NCBI RefSeq assembly: GCF_009914755.1 | Contig: NC_060931.1 | DNA: 64,000 nucleotides | Strand: one strand, 5' to 3' | From: the human T2T-CHM13v2.0 reference genome, Homo sapiens | In this document: positions 1-19,941 of the stretch, piece by piece | How positions within the stretch are numbered: the stretch's first letter is position 1 | Layout of the letters: each line of letters starts with the position of its first letter | Translations under genes and position numbers: made by a program | Notes under the pieces: model-generated | What the model was told of the DNA's origin: nothing | The model's input: only the letters and a program-made list of their open reading frames with translations | The model's database searches: none

Positions 1-402
<402 letters not shown>

Positions 403-419
403 CTTTCTATATATTTTTG

Positions 420-1045
<626 letters not shown>

Positions 1046-1089
1046 TTCATTCTGTCTCTCTTCCTCCTCCTCCTTCCTCCAAAAAGGAA

Positions 1090-1535
1090 GCTTCCTAGGG
1101 CCAATGTAACTTATTACCACAATCCAGGTGGCTTAAGGCAACAAAAATTGATCCTCTCACAGTCTGGAGGCCAGAAGTCCAAAATTCAGGCGTCGGCAGG
1201 ACTGGTTCCTTCTGGAAGCTCTGAGGGACCGTCATCCTCTGCTTCTCTCCAGCTCCTGGGGTGGCCGGCAGCCTTGGCATTCCTTAGCTTGTAGTTGCAT
1301 CACTCTAGTCTCTGCCTCCATCTCCACCAGCCTCCTCCTTGTGTGTGTGTGTGTCTCTGTGTCTCTTCCTCTGGGGACACCAGTCCTTGGATTAGCACCC
1401 ACTCTAATCCAGCACGACCTCATTTTCACTTGATTAATGACCTCTGCAAAGATCCTATTTCCAAACAAGATCCCATACACAGGTTCGGGGTTTGGGACTT
1501 CTACATGTATTTTTGGGGAACACGGTTTAACCCCC
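1090..1535 (-). mobile_element. MaLR solo LTR (MLT1C-like)
   Basis: ggtggcttaaggcaacaaaaatt...ctggaggccagaagtccaaaatt...ctgcaaagatcctatttccaaacaag. Confidence 0.85.
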
Positions 1536-1544
1536 GTTGGGTCA

Positions 1545-1890
1545 TACCTTGGGATTAGTGGGCACAAAGGTGCTGCTTTGAGTGCTGCTGCCTACAGCCA
1601 TGGCGGCCAAGGGCCCCTCTTCTGCCTGGGAGTAGAGGGGAAGGGTTACCTTCCACCCCAGAGGCAGCCTGTGGGTATAAACCCTCTCCAACTCCTTGCT
1701 TCTCAACAGGACAGCTCTGCAGGGCAATTTTCTCACCAAAGACCCCTTAAGTCTCATTTGGCTGTGGCCTGAGGTCATATCCTTGCTGGACTTCCCCTGT
1801 GCCCCGTCTTGCCTGGGCCTCCATCAATAAACCGTGTCCTTTCCTCTCCAATTCCCAACTCAGGCTTTGCTTCCTGGGACCTGATTTAAG
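1545..1890 (+). mobile_element. Old ERVL-type LTR remnant (LTR16/33/41-like)
   Basis: aataaa followed by the ctcaggctttgcttcctgggacctgatttaaga terminus. Confidence 0.45.
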
Positions 1891-2203
1891 AAAATATCTC
1901 ACTTGATAGGTTCCCCCTCTATGGTTTTGACATTTTGATTTAATTTAATTTTTTAAAGAAACTAGGTTATTTGTCCTGCAGAGTCCCCATTGGCTGGATG
2001 TGGCTGATCGTACCCTGGGGTGCAGTTGGCTTTTACTGCCAGCCTCTCTCATGCTCTGATTCACCCTTTGAGGTCTGCAGCCCCTGCCTGTGATGTAGAC
2101 AGGGCACAGGTGCCACAGATTCACATCCCAGGCAGCCCCCAGCCCCCAGGCCCCCAGCCATGTGGATGATCAGGTAGAGCTCTGTTGAAAAACAACCCCA
2201 ACC

Positions 2204-2525
<322 letters not shown>

Positions 2526-2631
2526 ACCACAGCAAATTCTGTAATATATCCAAAAAGGTTTATTACAAGCCAGTATGAGTGACCATGGGCCTAGGAACAA
2601 TTTCAAGAGGTCCTGAGAAAGTGTACCTGAG

Positions 2632-2911
2632 GGCCGGGCATTGTGCTCATGACTGTAATCCCAGCACTTTGAGAGGCCGAGGTGGGTGCATCATTTGAGT
2701 TCAGGAGTTTGAGACCAGCCTGGCCAACATGGTGAAACTCTGCCTCTACTAAAAATACAAAAATTAGCCAGGTGTGGTGGCGGGTGCCTGTATTCCTGCT
2801 ACTCAGGAGGCTGAGGTAGGAGAATCACTTGAATCCCAGGAGGCGGAGCTTGCAGTGAGCCGAGATCACGGCACTGCACTCCAGCCTGGGCTACAGAAGG
2901 AGACTCCGTCT

Positions 2912-2950
<39 letters not shown>
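2632..2950 (+). mobile_element. Alu with TSD aaagtgtacct(g/a)ag
   Basis: Full Alu, long poly-A, TSD at 2618-2631 and 2947-2960. Confidence 0.95.
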
Positions 2951-2951
<1 letters not shown>

Positions 2952-2973
2952 GTACCTAAGCTGGGGGTTGGCT

Positions 2974-3062
2974 CCAGGAGGCGGAGCTTGCAGTGAGCTG
3001 AGATCACGGCACTGCACTCCAGCCTGGGCTAGAGAAGGAGACTCCAATTAAAAAAAAAAAAC
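2974..3062 (+). repeat. Tandem duplicate of the preceding Alu 3' end
   Basis: Shares private variants and TSD with 2836-2973. Confidence 0.85.
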
Positions 3063-3314
3063 AAAGTATACCTAAGGGGGGGATTGGGTTACAGGTTGGT
3101 TTTATACATTTTAGGAAGACAGGAATTGTAGGTAAAATTATAAATCAATACATAGAAGATGTACATTGGTTCAGCTTAAAGGGGTGGGTTATCTTGAAGC
3201 AGGGACTTACAAGTGGATTCAGAGATTTTCTGATTGGCAACTGGTTGAAAGAGTTAAGCTTTGGCTAAAGACTTGAAGTCAGCAGAAATAAATGCTTAAG
3301 TTAAGATAATGGGG

Positions 3315-4065
<751 letters not shown>

Positions 4066-5724
4066 CAGGGATCGTGGACACCAAGGCTTTTGTTATGTAG
4101 ATGGAACCTCAGAGGTGGCAGCCCTCAGAGAGAAGAGGTGGCAAATGTCCTTTTTCTGACCTTAAAAGGTGTCATACTCTCAGTTGATCTCTCCTAGATC
4201 TGGGAAAGTCCTGGCTTCTCTTTCTCTACAGATGCAAATCTCCCCCACCCACCAAAGACGGCTTTGCAGGGCCATTTCAAAATATGTCAAAGAAACGTAT
4301 TTTGGGGTAAAATATTTCGATGTCCTTCAGGGTCTGCTATCTGTCATGTGATGCTATACCAGAGTCAGGTTGGAATTTGAGATCTTATTGCCACAAAGAG
4401 TCTGTCCTGTCAGTCTCATGATTTCTATTTTAATGTTAATGCTGGCCAGTTGTGTCTAAATCCTAAGAGGGAGGAGGTATAATGAGACATTTCCAACCTC
4501 CTTCCTTATTATGGCAGACAATTCCATTTTTCAGGTTTCTCTGGGGTCTTCTTCGCCCAGAGGGAGTTGATTGAGTCATTTGGTTGGGAGTAGTTTATTT
4601 TTGGTTTACAGCTCTGAGCCTGGGAGCAAGATGGGGGCCCTCCTGGCTGGAGTCAGCTGAACTGCAAGGTGGGAGAGGCCTTTCAGGGCTGGCTGTGCTC
4701 ATTGTGGGACTTCAACATGGGGCTATTTACAGTTCCTGAACTACCTCTTCTCAGCCTTTCCTGTCTTACTTGGTGAGGTCTTGTGAAGTAGTGAGCCTTC
4801 TCCAGTGGGCAATAGGAAACCAGGGGTTTCATGCACATCTTGCATTGTTCTGGGGGAGCATTTATCTCTAGCAGCCAGCAGGGGGTGGCATCAGGTACCA
4901 AAGGCGTGAGCCTGGCCCAAGGGAGTGGGAGCAGAGGGCTTTGCAGATTTGGGAGAGGTCAAGGTCAGGTCCCCCCATGCCCCACCACTCCCTTGTGCTC
5001 CACCACAGTTCTCTGGCCTCACCACCAAGCGCCATGATAGGTAGAAATGAGACTCGCAGATTTTTCTCCAAATACCTTCCAGTCCTTCACTCAGGGTGGG
5101 CATGTGTTTGGGGATGTACCATGTCTGCGGCTGGCTTGAGCAGAGGTGAGAGTAAAGGTCGTGCAGGGCAGCCCCTTGTCCATATGCATCCAAGGCCTAT
5201 TTTGCTGGGCACACATTTTTGGCCTCTCATGGGGCAAACATTATCATCCAGGTTTTAAAATCAGGCGTGGCCCTGGAAGTCCTTTCTCTTGCCACCAAGA
5301 GATACAGCACCCCTGCGATGAATTAGCCGCTCTGGCATGGCCCTTCCACCATAATTCTTCGCATGGGGCTATTTGTTTTTCTTTCTCATCTTTTCCTTTT
5401 TCTGGCTGGGATTCTGGCGCCACAGCTGCCAGCCTGGTCCCAAATCTCACATCAGGGCTGCAGCCCTGAGAGGCTCATTCCGTCAGAGTCTTATTGGGTT
5501 GCAAGCTGCCCGGACAATGTCTTAGACAAGGGCATGCTGCTCTGAGATTAAATTCTTCCAATGAGACAGGGCCCATCTTTCCTCATAAAACATGAGCTTC
5601 TGTCAATGTCATTGCCCTAGGATCTGAGGGGAGCTCTGCTGTTGAGCCTGCGGGGACAGGGACAAGGAGATGACAAAGATGCTGCTCTCTGGGACTGCCT
5701 GCCTCTTGAAGGAGAGACTCCAGG

Positions 5725-5900
5725 CATGTGGAGAGTGAGTCCTGGGTTGGAATTCTTAGCTTCTCGCCCTACTGGCTGGGTGGCTTTAGGTACCTCACTT
5801 TGTCAGCTGGAGCCCCAAGGCCCCTACCTGGGAGATGGTTCATGGTGTAAGGTTGCGGTGCAAATGTAATCAGAGAAGGCAAAGTGTCTGGCACATACTT
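5725..5900 (+). mobile_element. MIR fragment
   Basis: cctgggttggaattcttagcttc...aaagtgtctggcacata. Confidence 0.55.
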
Positions 5901-6104
5901 TGTGATCAAGCTGCGTTTGTTCTCTCTGCTCCCAATATCTTCCACAAGAGTCTGAAATTCCTACTTTTCAGGGTAAAGCAAGCACAATACACTCTTCTGG
6001 AGTTATCACTTAAGTTTAAATGGATTAAGCAACATATGAGCATTCAGTCTGTTTTAATGTGGTGTCTTTTTTCCCTTTTCTTCACTCTCCATTAGAAAAT
6101 GTCA

Positions 6105-6412
<308 letters not shown>

Positions 6413-6790
6413 TCAGCCCAGTCTAGGGTAGGAGTGAGGTGTGGGATGGGCAGGGTCCCTCTCCCTGACCCAACCATCAGCTGCAAACCCTTCCTCCGTC
6501 TGCCCGCTCATGTCTGTAGTCTCAAGTCTCTTGGCTCTTGTAGTACTGTGGCTTTGGTGGAGGCTATGGCCTTAGTGGCTACCAGAGTGTGCCCTGCTAG
6601 GAAAGAGAAGATGTTTTCGGGTGTCAGGATGAAAACTGTGTGCAACTGGAGAGGGAGCTTGGTGTCTGGTACTGTTCTAGGTGCTTAGGACACAACAGTG
6701 TAGAGTCAGCCAACCCTCCTTCCTGGGCTCATATTCCAATGGGAAAGAACCAATAAACAGAAAGCATAATGCTTAAAAAGATTCTGCAGC

Positions 6791-7133
<343 letters not shown>

Positions 7134-7264
7134 TCATGAGAAAAGGAAGTATCAAGCTGGGTAAGGGGCTGTGAGTACAGGTAAGGGGTGGGAAGTAGCT
7201 CCTGGGGAGAGGTTGCAAAATCCTATAAGGCTGCTGGAAGCTGGGACTCAGTGAGAAGGTGACT

Positions 7265-7597
<333 letters not shown>

Positions 7598-7754
7598 GAA
7601 GGTGACTTTTAAACAAAGACTTGAATTACGCAAGAGGAGTAGTCAAGTGGAGATCTGGGGGAAGGGTGTCCAGGCAGAGAGAACAGTCAGTGCCAACGCC
7701 CTGGGGCAGGAGTGTGCCTGGTGTGTTTCAGGCACGGAGGCGGGAGATGAGTGA

Positions 7755-8255
<501 letters not shown>

Positions 8256-8906
8256 GATTCAGGGCTTTGATAAAAGACATGACATTATCTGCTCTAGGGA
8301 CACAAGAATACAGCAGGTTGCCCAGTTAGGAGGTGGTCACAGCGGTTCACATACGAGATGATGGCCCTAGATCTGAACTTGGGTGGCTGTAGTGAAGTGG
8401 GGACATTGGTTTCTGGATGTATTTTTGTAAGAATTTCCAGCCAGATTGGGTGTGGGATGTGAGGGGAAGAGAAGAGTCAAGGATGGCTCAAAGCTTTTGA
8501 CCCAGGGGCCTGGAAGAACAGAGCCGCCATCAACAAGGAGGGAGAGGATGATGTGAGAAGTTGGTTTTGGATGGAAGGCTGGGGGTTCAGTTTTGGACGG
8601 GTTGACTGAAGGTGTCTGTTAGACAATTCCATGGAAATACTCATTCGGAAGTTGGATATAAACATCTATCTAGAGTTTGGGAGAGAGAGCCAGGTTAGGG
8701 ATGTACAACTGGGAGTCACTAGCCCATAGATGGAATTTATACACCATGAGACTGAACAAGGTCAAAGCAACAAGGATACATGAAGAAGAGAAGAGAACAG
8801 AAGTCTGAGTCCTGGAGCCCTCCAAAGTCAAGGAGAAGAGAATAAACCAGCACAAGGGTTCAAGAAGCTGCCAATGAGGGGGTGAATTGACCTTGGCAAG
8901 AGTACT

Positions 8907-9547
<641 letters not shown>

Positions 9548-9777
9548 CCGATGGGCTTAAGAAAGTGTGGGAAGAGAGAATGGGAACAGGGGAATATGGA
9601 TAACTCTTCAGAGAGATTTACTATAAACAAGAGCAAAGACAAGGAGTGGTAGCTTCCAGAGGGATTATTTTTCTCTTTCTTTGAAACTTATTTATTGATT
9701 TATTTGATGGAAGAGATGGGAGACATAACAGCTTGTTATTTTGCTGCTGGGAATGATCGCCAGGCAAGAAAGAGTAT

Positions 9778-10355
9778 GGAGACCACTGTTCTACTTTCTG
9801 CTTCTATGATATCAACTCTTTTTTTTATTTTTTCAAGATTTCACATAAAAGTGAGATCATGCAGTATTTGTCTTTCTGTGTCTGGCATTTGCTTTTCACT
9901 TAACATAATGACCTCTGGGTTCATCCCTGTTGCTGGAAGTGGCAGGATTCCATCCTTTTTTATGGCTGCATAGTATTCCACTGTGCATATATACCACATT
10001 TGCTTTATCCATTCCACCCATTACTGGACATTTGGGTTGACCCCACATCCTGCAGGGAGGGGGAAAGGGAGGATGGGAGGATGTTGGTTAATGGATACAA
10101 AGTGATGATTAGATAGGAAGAGTAAATTCTGGGGTTCTAATGCACATTGGGGTGCTGATAATTGGCAGTAAGGTATATATTATAAAATAGCTAGAAGAGA
10201 GGTTTTGAATGTTCTCACTATGAAGAAATAAGTGCATGAGGTGATGGATATGCTATCTACCCTGATTTGATTATTATGATTATTATGCAACATTTATATG
10301 TATCAAAACATAAAATTGTATCCCATAAATATGTGCAATTACAATGTGTCAGTAA
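9778..10355 (+). mobile_element. L1MA 3' end with inverted 5' segment
   Basis: 9778-10045 is antisense L1MA 3' UTR; 10052-10355 is the sense continuation. Confidence 0.8.
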
Positions 10356-10639
10356 TTTTTTTTATTTTTTTCTAAGAGACAGTCTCACTCTGTTGCCCAG
10401 GCTGGAGTGCAGTGGTGTCATCACAGCTCACCGCAGCCTTGAAATCCTGGGTTCACATGATCCTCCCGCCTCAGCCTCCTGAGTAGCTAGGATTACTACT
10501 ACTAGGCATGCCAGGATCATTTTTTTACATTTTATTTCTTGTAGAGTCTTCGTATGTTGCCCAGGCTGGTCTTGAACTCCTGGCTTCAAGCAATCCTCCT
10601 GCCTCAGCCTCCCAAAGCACTGGGATTACAGGCCCAGCC
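10355..10639 (-). mobile_element. Alu (J-like)
   Basis: Antisense Alu. Confidence 0.92.
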
Positions 10640-11176
10640 AAAAAAAAAAAAAAATTTATTAAAGAAAAAAAGACTATGTAGCACCCTGTCAAGTTGAGTT
10701 ATCTCTGCCTTTTGTTGTGTTTGAGCTCTTTTACCACTCTGCACGTTGTAGATAACTGATAGGATGTAAGTGATTCTCGTCCATCGAAATGCAAATGAAG
10801 TGTGTCTACTGGAAGGCAATTTATTATCACGCCACAGATAGATCAGTTTTGCATCTATTTGCAAATTTACATCAGCACCGTTTATTGTGATGCTTTCAAT
10901 CCTTCTTTAAACCATTTGTAACATCTTACTAGTTCCCACAGTAATTAATGAGTTAAAGAAGATCTTTGACATGTGTTCACTTTGTATTTGTATGAGAGTC
11001 ATTTTTCTACCTGAAAAAAATTCCTTTAATAAGATGCTGACAGATGATAGGTGTCTTTAGATGTGCTCTTCTGATGGGTTAAATTTTTCCATGATGCTGA
11101 AGATCTGAGAAAAAGCAGACCCCTCTCTGAAACTTACCTGGGAAGTTCTGAGTTTCTGAGTTTGGGCTATTGAGAG

Positions 11177-11179
<3 letters not shown>

Positions 11180-11207
<28 letters not shown>

Positions 11208-11488
11208 AGGCGGAGTCTCATTCTGTTGCCCAGGCTGTAGTGCAGTAGTGCAATCTCAGCTCACTGCAATCTCCGCCTCCTGGGTTCAAGCAATTCTCCT
11301 GCCTCAGTCTCCTGAGTAGCTGGGATTACAGGTGCATGCCACCACACCCGGCTGATTTTTGTATTTTTAGCAGAGACAAGGTTTCACCATGCTGGCCATG
11401 CTGGTCTTGAACTCTTGACCTCAGGTGATCCAACTGCTTCGGCCTCCCAAAGTGCTGGGATTACAGGCATGAGCCACCACGCCTGGCC
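11180..11488 (-). mobile_element. Alu (S-like), TSD tgagagagact
   Basis: Antisense Alu with flanking direct repeats. Confidence 0.95.
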
Positions 11489-11664
11489 TGAGAGAGACTC
11501 TTTAAATGTACTCATAAGCTGAGTCCTGGCTAGGGGATTGACCCAAGGTTCCCAAGAGTGAAAACCCTTGGTCCTGTGTGGATCGAGGGATCCCATTTGT
11601 ATTTTGGCTGCAAGTCTGTCTGGCAACACCATGATTTTTCATGCTGAAACCCCTACGGAATTCA

Positions 11665-12180
<516 letters not shown>

Positions 12181-12537
12181 TTACTCTCCAATACTCCAGT
12201 TGTCTCCTGGTGGAGTCCCTCTGTCTGTTCCCTGTGCACATCTCAGATAGAATGGGACTCAGGAACACTAGTTCTTGCCACTCTACCCCCAACCCTGTGT
12301 CCCTTCTTAGGTTCACAGACTCCAGTGTCCTTCAGTGCTAAGGCAGGACCTGCTCCTCAGCCTGCAATGAGCCCTTCTCCAGGGGTCACTCCGAGCTCCG
12401 CCCCTACTCCTGCCAAGCAGTAACCAATCCCAATCTAACAATAGCAATTCACAAATGAGTAGCAGCTGGAACTTCTCCTTGGAGGTCATGGCCAGACTCT
12501 GGGCCTCCTTGACTTCCTCCAGAGATCTCGCTATGAC

Positions 12538-12844
12538 TATTTATTTTTGTTTTTTATTTTTAGAGACAGGGTCCTGCTCTGCTACCCAGGCTGGAATGCA
12601 GTGGCACAATCATAGCTCACTGCAGCCTTGAACTCCTGGGCTCAAGTGATCCTTCTGCCTCAGCCTCTTGAGTGGCTGGGACTACAGGCTCACACCATCA
12701 TGCCCAGCTATTTATTTTTATTTTTTGTAGAGTTGGGGGTCTTGCTATGTTGCCCAGGCTTGTCTTGAATTCCTGGCCTCAAGTAATCCTCCTGTCAGCC
12801 TCCCCACATGTTGAGATTACAGGCATGAGCTACTGCACCCAGCC
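12538..12844 (-). mobile_element. Alu (J-like)
   Basis: Antisense dimeric Alu. Confidence 0.93.
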
Positions 12845-13134
12845 ACTATCACTTATAAAAATGCCTCAGTGTTCTAGAATCTGATTAGGTTTGACCTTGT
12901 ACAGGCTGTTTAGGAATACTGCCCCTGCTTCTGAAAAAAATGTATGTACTTTTTGATATGTGGCCTCCTTCTCCAGTTCTCAAAGGTCTACTCAATCTTT
13001 CAAGCTTGGACCAAGTGCTGCCTCCTTCAGGTAGCCTTCCTGGATTGCTTGCAGATTGAAGTGACTGCTCTCTACGATATAGCTCAAATCCTCTTCCCAT
13101 CCTGGTTGAATTTAGATGTTCATGTTGTTTCTTT

Positions 13135-13350
13135 TGGTAGATTCATTTGTTCATTCATTCATTCCTCAGAGGTTTTTGAGCACCTGCTCAAAAACAGGCA
13201 CTATGTTAGGCCTGGCATGCAGGTGTAAATGCATCAAGTGCCCTCCTTCTCCGTGCCTGCATCCTTGGGCGGGCAGTGGGCTGGGCTTGTTCTCAGCACC
13301 TAACACAGCACCTGCTGCCAGGTGACAGGTGTTTGATAAATAAATAGATG
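13135..13350. mobile_element. L2 3'-end remnants in both orientations
   Basis: ttcattcattcatt...gagcacctgc...aggcactatgttagg and cagcacctaacacag...ataaataaatagatg. Confidence 0.55.
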
Positions 13351-14046
13351 CCAGGAGGCCATCTGACCACCTCTCCTGCACTTCATCGCATCTTATTTGT
13401 TTAGATTTTACCTGCTTTGCTAAATCACGCTTTAATTAACATTCTTCCTCCCTTGATGGGAGGGCAGCAGCTGCAAGGTGGTTTGGAAGCTGTTAGGAAT
13501 CTGTCAAATCTCCGCAGCTACTCTGGCCTGGGGCCCTGGGGCTGCCTGGTTCCTAGGCTGGCTGCTTGTCTTGGGCAGTCCCCTACCTTCCCCTTCTCAG
13601 CCTCGTCTTCCTCCTCTGCTGCCTCTTGTCTCTTGGGAGCTCTGAGATGAGAGGAGTGGGCTTGCATGGGTGCATCCACGTGGCGTGGCTACCATCGCTG
13701 CTCCTCGGCCAAAAGGGCTCTGCCTCCACAGCCACTCAGCCTTGATTTGGGGCTCCTATTTTCTGAGCCGCTGAACCCCGCACAAAGCAGTCTGTGCCCA
13801 GGCAGGGCCAGACCAGGCAGAGAGGTGACCTCCTCTGCCCTCTGGACAGCATAGCATCTGCAGGGGCCTGGATGCCTTGAAGTGAGGCTGCCTTCAGGAG
13901 AGGACAGGGAGTAGGGAGGGCAGGAGGGCAGAGCCATGAATGTCACAGGGCGGGAGGCAGGCCCGCCTCCTGGTTCCCACTTTGCAGGATGACCCTGGAA
14001 GAGGGACAGGTGTGGTCTGCAGAAAAAAGCATCCATATCAGCTGGT

Positions 14047-14084
14047 GACTGTGGCTGAGCCCCTGGACTGTGGCTGAGCCCCTG
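14047..14084. repeat. 19-bp tandem duplication gactgtggctgagcccctg x2
   Basis: Read directly. Confidence 0.9.
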
Positions 14085-14543
14085 TCCTCCTGGGGTCTTG
14101 CTGTGGAGTGAACACAGGAGAGGCTTCCTGACCAGCCACCTGCCACCCCTCCTGTGGTCTCACCGTGCCTGCCATTGTGTCTTGCCTGCCAGTCACCATT
14201 TCGCAACGGTCCCGCATGTGAGCAGATGCTGACATGCCCATTGAATAGGGAGTCCATTGCGGGAGGGAGGTGGTGGCAGCCCCATTCACAAGGGAGATGG
14301 GTGATGAGACGGTGGGCCAGGGACTGATCCTGGGGCAGTGGCTGCTGTCTCTTTATTGCCCTCACAAAGCCTTCAAGGTCATGGGCTCCAAAGGCTCGGC
14401 GAGACCTACAATCTAAGCCGCAGCGTAGGGACAGGGCAGCCAGGGACCACCATGCTCTTCCTCTGTTCCCCTTTCCCAAGGCCAGAGGAGGGTCAGTAAG
14501 CTCAAGGATGTTCTGAACTTATAGGCAAACCAGGCTGTTGTCA

Positions 14544-14880
<337 letters not shown>

Positions 14881-14990
14881 TCAGTGAGATCAGCTCTCCA
14901 AAGAGAGAGTGTATTCAGGAGTTGCAATCTAGGATACATATGCTATGACGAATTTTAGGTGCATCAAAAGAATTTGGGGCTGAGGGAAGC

Positions 14991-15292
14991 TTTTATTTTA
15001 TTTATCTATTTTTTTAAAAGACAAGGTCTTGCTCTGTCACCCAGGCTGGTGTGTAGTGGTGTGATCATAGCTCACTACAGCTTCAAACTCCTGGGCTCAA
15101 GTGATTCCCCTGCCTCAGCCTCTCGAGTAGCTGGGATTACAGGTGTGTAATGACCAGCTAATTTTTATTTTTTATAGAGACAGGGTTTTGCCATGTTGGC
15201 CAGGCCAGTCTCAAACTCCTTGCCTCAAGCAATTCTCCCATCCCAGCCTCCCAGAGTGCTAGGATTACAGGTATGAGCCACTGTGTCCGGCC
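14991..15292 (-). mobile_element. Alu (J-like), TSD agggaagctttt
   Basis: Antisense Alu with flanking direct repeats. Confidence 0.94.
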
Positions 15293-15456
15293 AGGGAAGC
15301 TTTTAAAGACAAAAAAGGAGAGAAGTCCATGTAAACTGTTTTGAAACAAAGACATTGATTAAAGGGGCTCATTGCAGGAGTTGGCAATTACTCATTGGTA
15401 GAAGCAGCCATCATCGGGCAAGTGTTGTTGTGTGAGGGGCTTATTCGGAACCCTGG

Positions 15457-15765
<309 letters not shown>

Positions 15766-15947
15766 TTGGGTTTTAGAGGAGTTCCTTGAGTAGTTCCCAT
15801 CATAGGCATATGTGCAGGCATTTTTTCGTGTGTGTGTGATAAGTCCTGTTACAGGCATACGTGCACGAGGGTTCCCTCTCCATGGCTTCCTGGCGGCAGG
15901 CACCATGCTAGGTGCTGACTCTGTTTTGAGATGGGTAATGTCCATAC

Positions 15948-16385
15948 TATATGAGTGTCCTGGGGCTGCTGTAACAAAGTACCACAAACTGGGTGGCTTA
16001 AGACAACAGGAATTTATTCTCTCACGGTTCTGGAGACCAGAAGGCCAGAAGTTCAAGCTGTTGGCAGGGCCATGATCCCCCCAAAGGCCCTAGGGGAGGA
16101 TTCTTTGCAGTGTCTGGTGGCTCTAGGAATCCTTAGGGTCCCTTGGTTTGGGGATACATCACTCCAATCTATTTCTGCTTTTCACATGGCCTTCAGCCCT
16201 GTGTGCCTCCCTTTATCTCTTTCTTCCTTTCAAGACACCAATCACTGCATTAAGATTCACCCAGATGAGTGACCCAGATGGCCTCATTGCAACTTGATTA
16301 CATCTGCAAAGACCTGTTTCCAAATAAGACCACATTCTGAGGTTCAAAGTGGGCATGAATTTTGGCAAGGACACTATTCACATCT
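15948..16385 (-). mobile_element. MaLR solo LTR (MLT1C-like)
   Basis: ggctgctgtaacaaagtaccacaaactgggtggcttaagacaacaggaatttattctctcacggttctggag. Confidence 0.87.
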
Positions 16386-16393
16386 GTTGTTGA

Positions 16394-16697
16394 GGCTGGG
16401 TGTGGTGGCTCATGCCTGCAATTCCAGCACTTTGGGAGGCCGAGGCAGGAGGATTGCTTGAGGCCAGGGGTTCGAGACCAGCCTGGGCAACACACCGAGA
16501 TCTTATCTCGACAGAAAAATTTAAATAATTAGCTGGGTGTGATGGTGTGCCCTTGTAGACCCAGCTACTCGGGAGGCTGAGGCAGGAGGATCACCTGAGT
16601 CCGGGAGGTTGAGATTGCGGTGAGCGGAGATTGCACCACTGTACTCCAGTCTGGGTGACGGAGTGAGACTCTGTCTCAAAAAGTATAAAAAAAAAAT
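16394..16697 (+). mobile_element. Alu (J-like)
   Basis: Sense dimeric Alu. Confidence 0.93.
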
Positions 16698-17250
16698 TAA
16701 GAGTTGCCCGCATTTCCAGGCTTCATCATGAGAACACAGGGGAGGGCCTCTCTGATCACAGCCACCCACCTGACCCTCAGCCATCCTTTCCCAGCCCAGT
16801 TGGGGACCCTGAGGCTCAGTGGCATGTGATGTTCCTGAGGCCCTGGGTCCCACAGTGGTAGAGATGGGAGTCCCTGCTAAAGACCCTGGAGACCTGCCGC
16901 TCCCCATAGAGTGATCGGATTCTCCCTCACGGCGTGCCTTTGTCAGCATCCTCCAACTTGTTGTATAAAAGTTGCCCTATAACAACGTTCAGTATCATCA
17001 GTCCAGTTTTCTCGAAATGAGGATATGGCCAAACATCTGATGGGGGGGAAAAAGGCAACTCTTCACCAATCAGCTAGAACCCTAAATGCAGGAGTAAGAA
17101 TTAAAATAGCCATTCAAATATTTTATGTTAATTAACGTCTCTGGTGATGATTCAGTCTGGAGAGAAGTAAGCGAAGCGCTGGTTCCCTGGCAGGCTGTTC
17201 AGGGTGGCGACATCCTGAAGGAAGGAGGTAGGAGGAGCTGGGTCCATTAA

Positions 17251-17930
<680 letters not shown>

Positions 17931-18562
17931 CTCGGTGAAGGTCAGCCACCGTTATCCACACTTGCTGGATGAATGCATTGACAGTGAATTATTTTGAAAT
18001 GATCAGCAGTAGGAGGTGGGCCTTGCTCCCTCAGTGTCACCCCCAGCAAGGGACTACCTTCTCTCCTTGCGAACTCTCGTGGGTCATCACACACGGACTC
18101 AGAAGGCGCTGTCTGCTCCTAGCGTTCAACCCTCAGAGCAGAACAACCATGATTACGATTCGCACTTGTGTCTGCTCTTTAAAGTAAACAGCCCCTTCAC
18201 ACCCTGAGAACTTACAGACTGGTAAGGATATAAACACATGAATTTGTTTGAGGCCGTTGGGGAGAAGAGTGGCATTTTGAGCATTGAGAAGAACTGAATC
18301 ATGCTCTCAGGGTGTACAATTGGATCAACTCCTCGGAGGGGTCAAATGTAATTTTAGAGCAGAATTATTATGATTCGTGATAGAGCTGTTACACTTATAA
18401 AAACAATTTATTTTTTCAGTTCTAAGCAAGGATTTTGGCTCTTTTTAAAGGGTTTTCCAAAAAAGCTTAACGTGTGCTTTGGAAAGGGAGGGGTTTGAGA
18501 GCCATGGCAAGAGGCTGAACTGGCCTCTCTCTGCTGGGCACCTCTTTGTTCCAAAGGTCTAA

Positions 18563-18954
<392 letters not shown>

Positions 18955-18972
18955 GAATTAATTCAATTTTAA

Positions 18973-19941
<969 letters not shown>

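Noticed and set aside
4874-4890. CTCF-like motif gccagcagggggtggca
   Set aside because: Mismatch at the conserved C after the G run; a single imperfect motif is not enough evidence
13943-14479. 178-aa minus-strand ORF in GC-rich unique DNA
   Set aside because: No recognisable domain, non-ATG start, and a length expected by chance at this GC content
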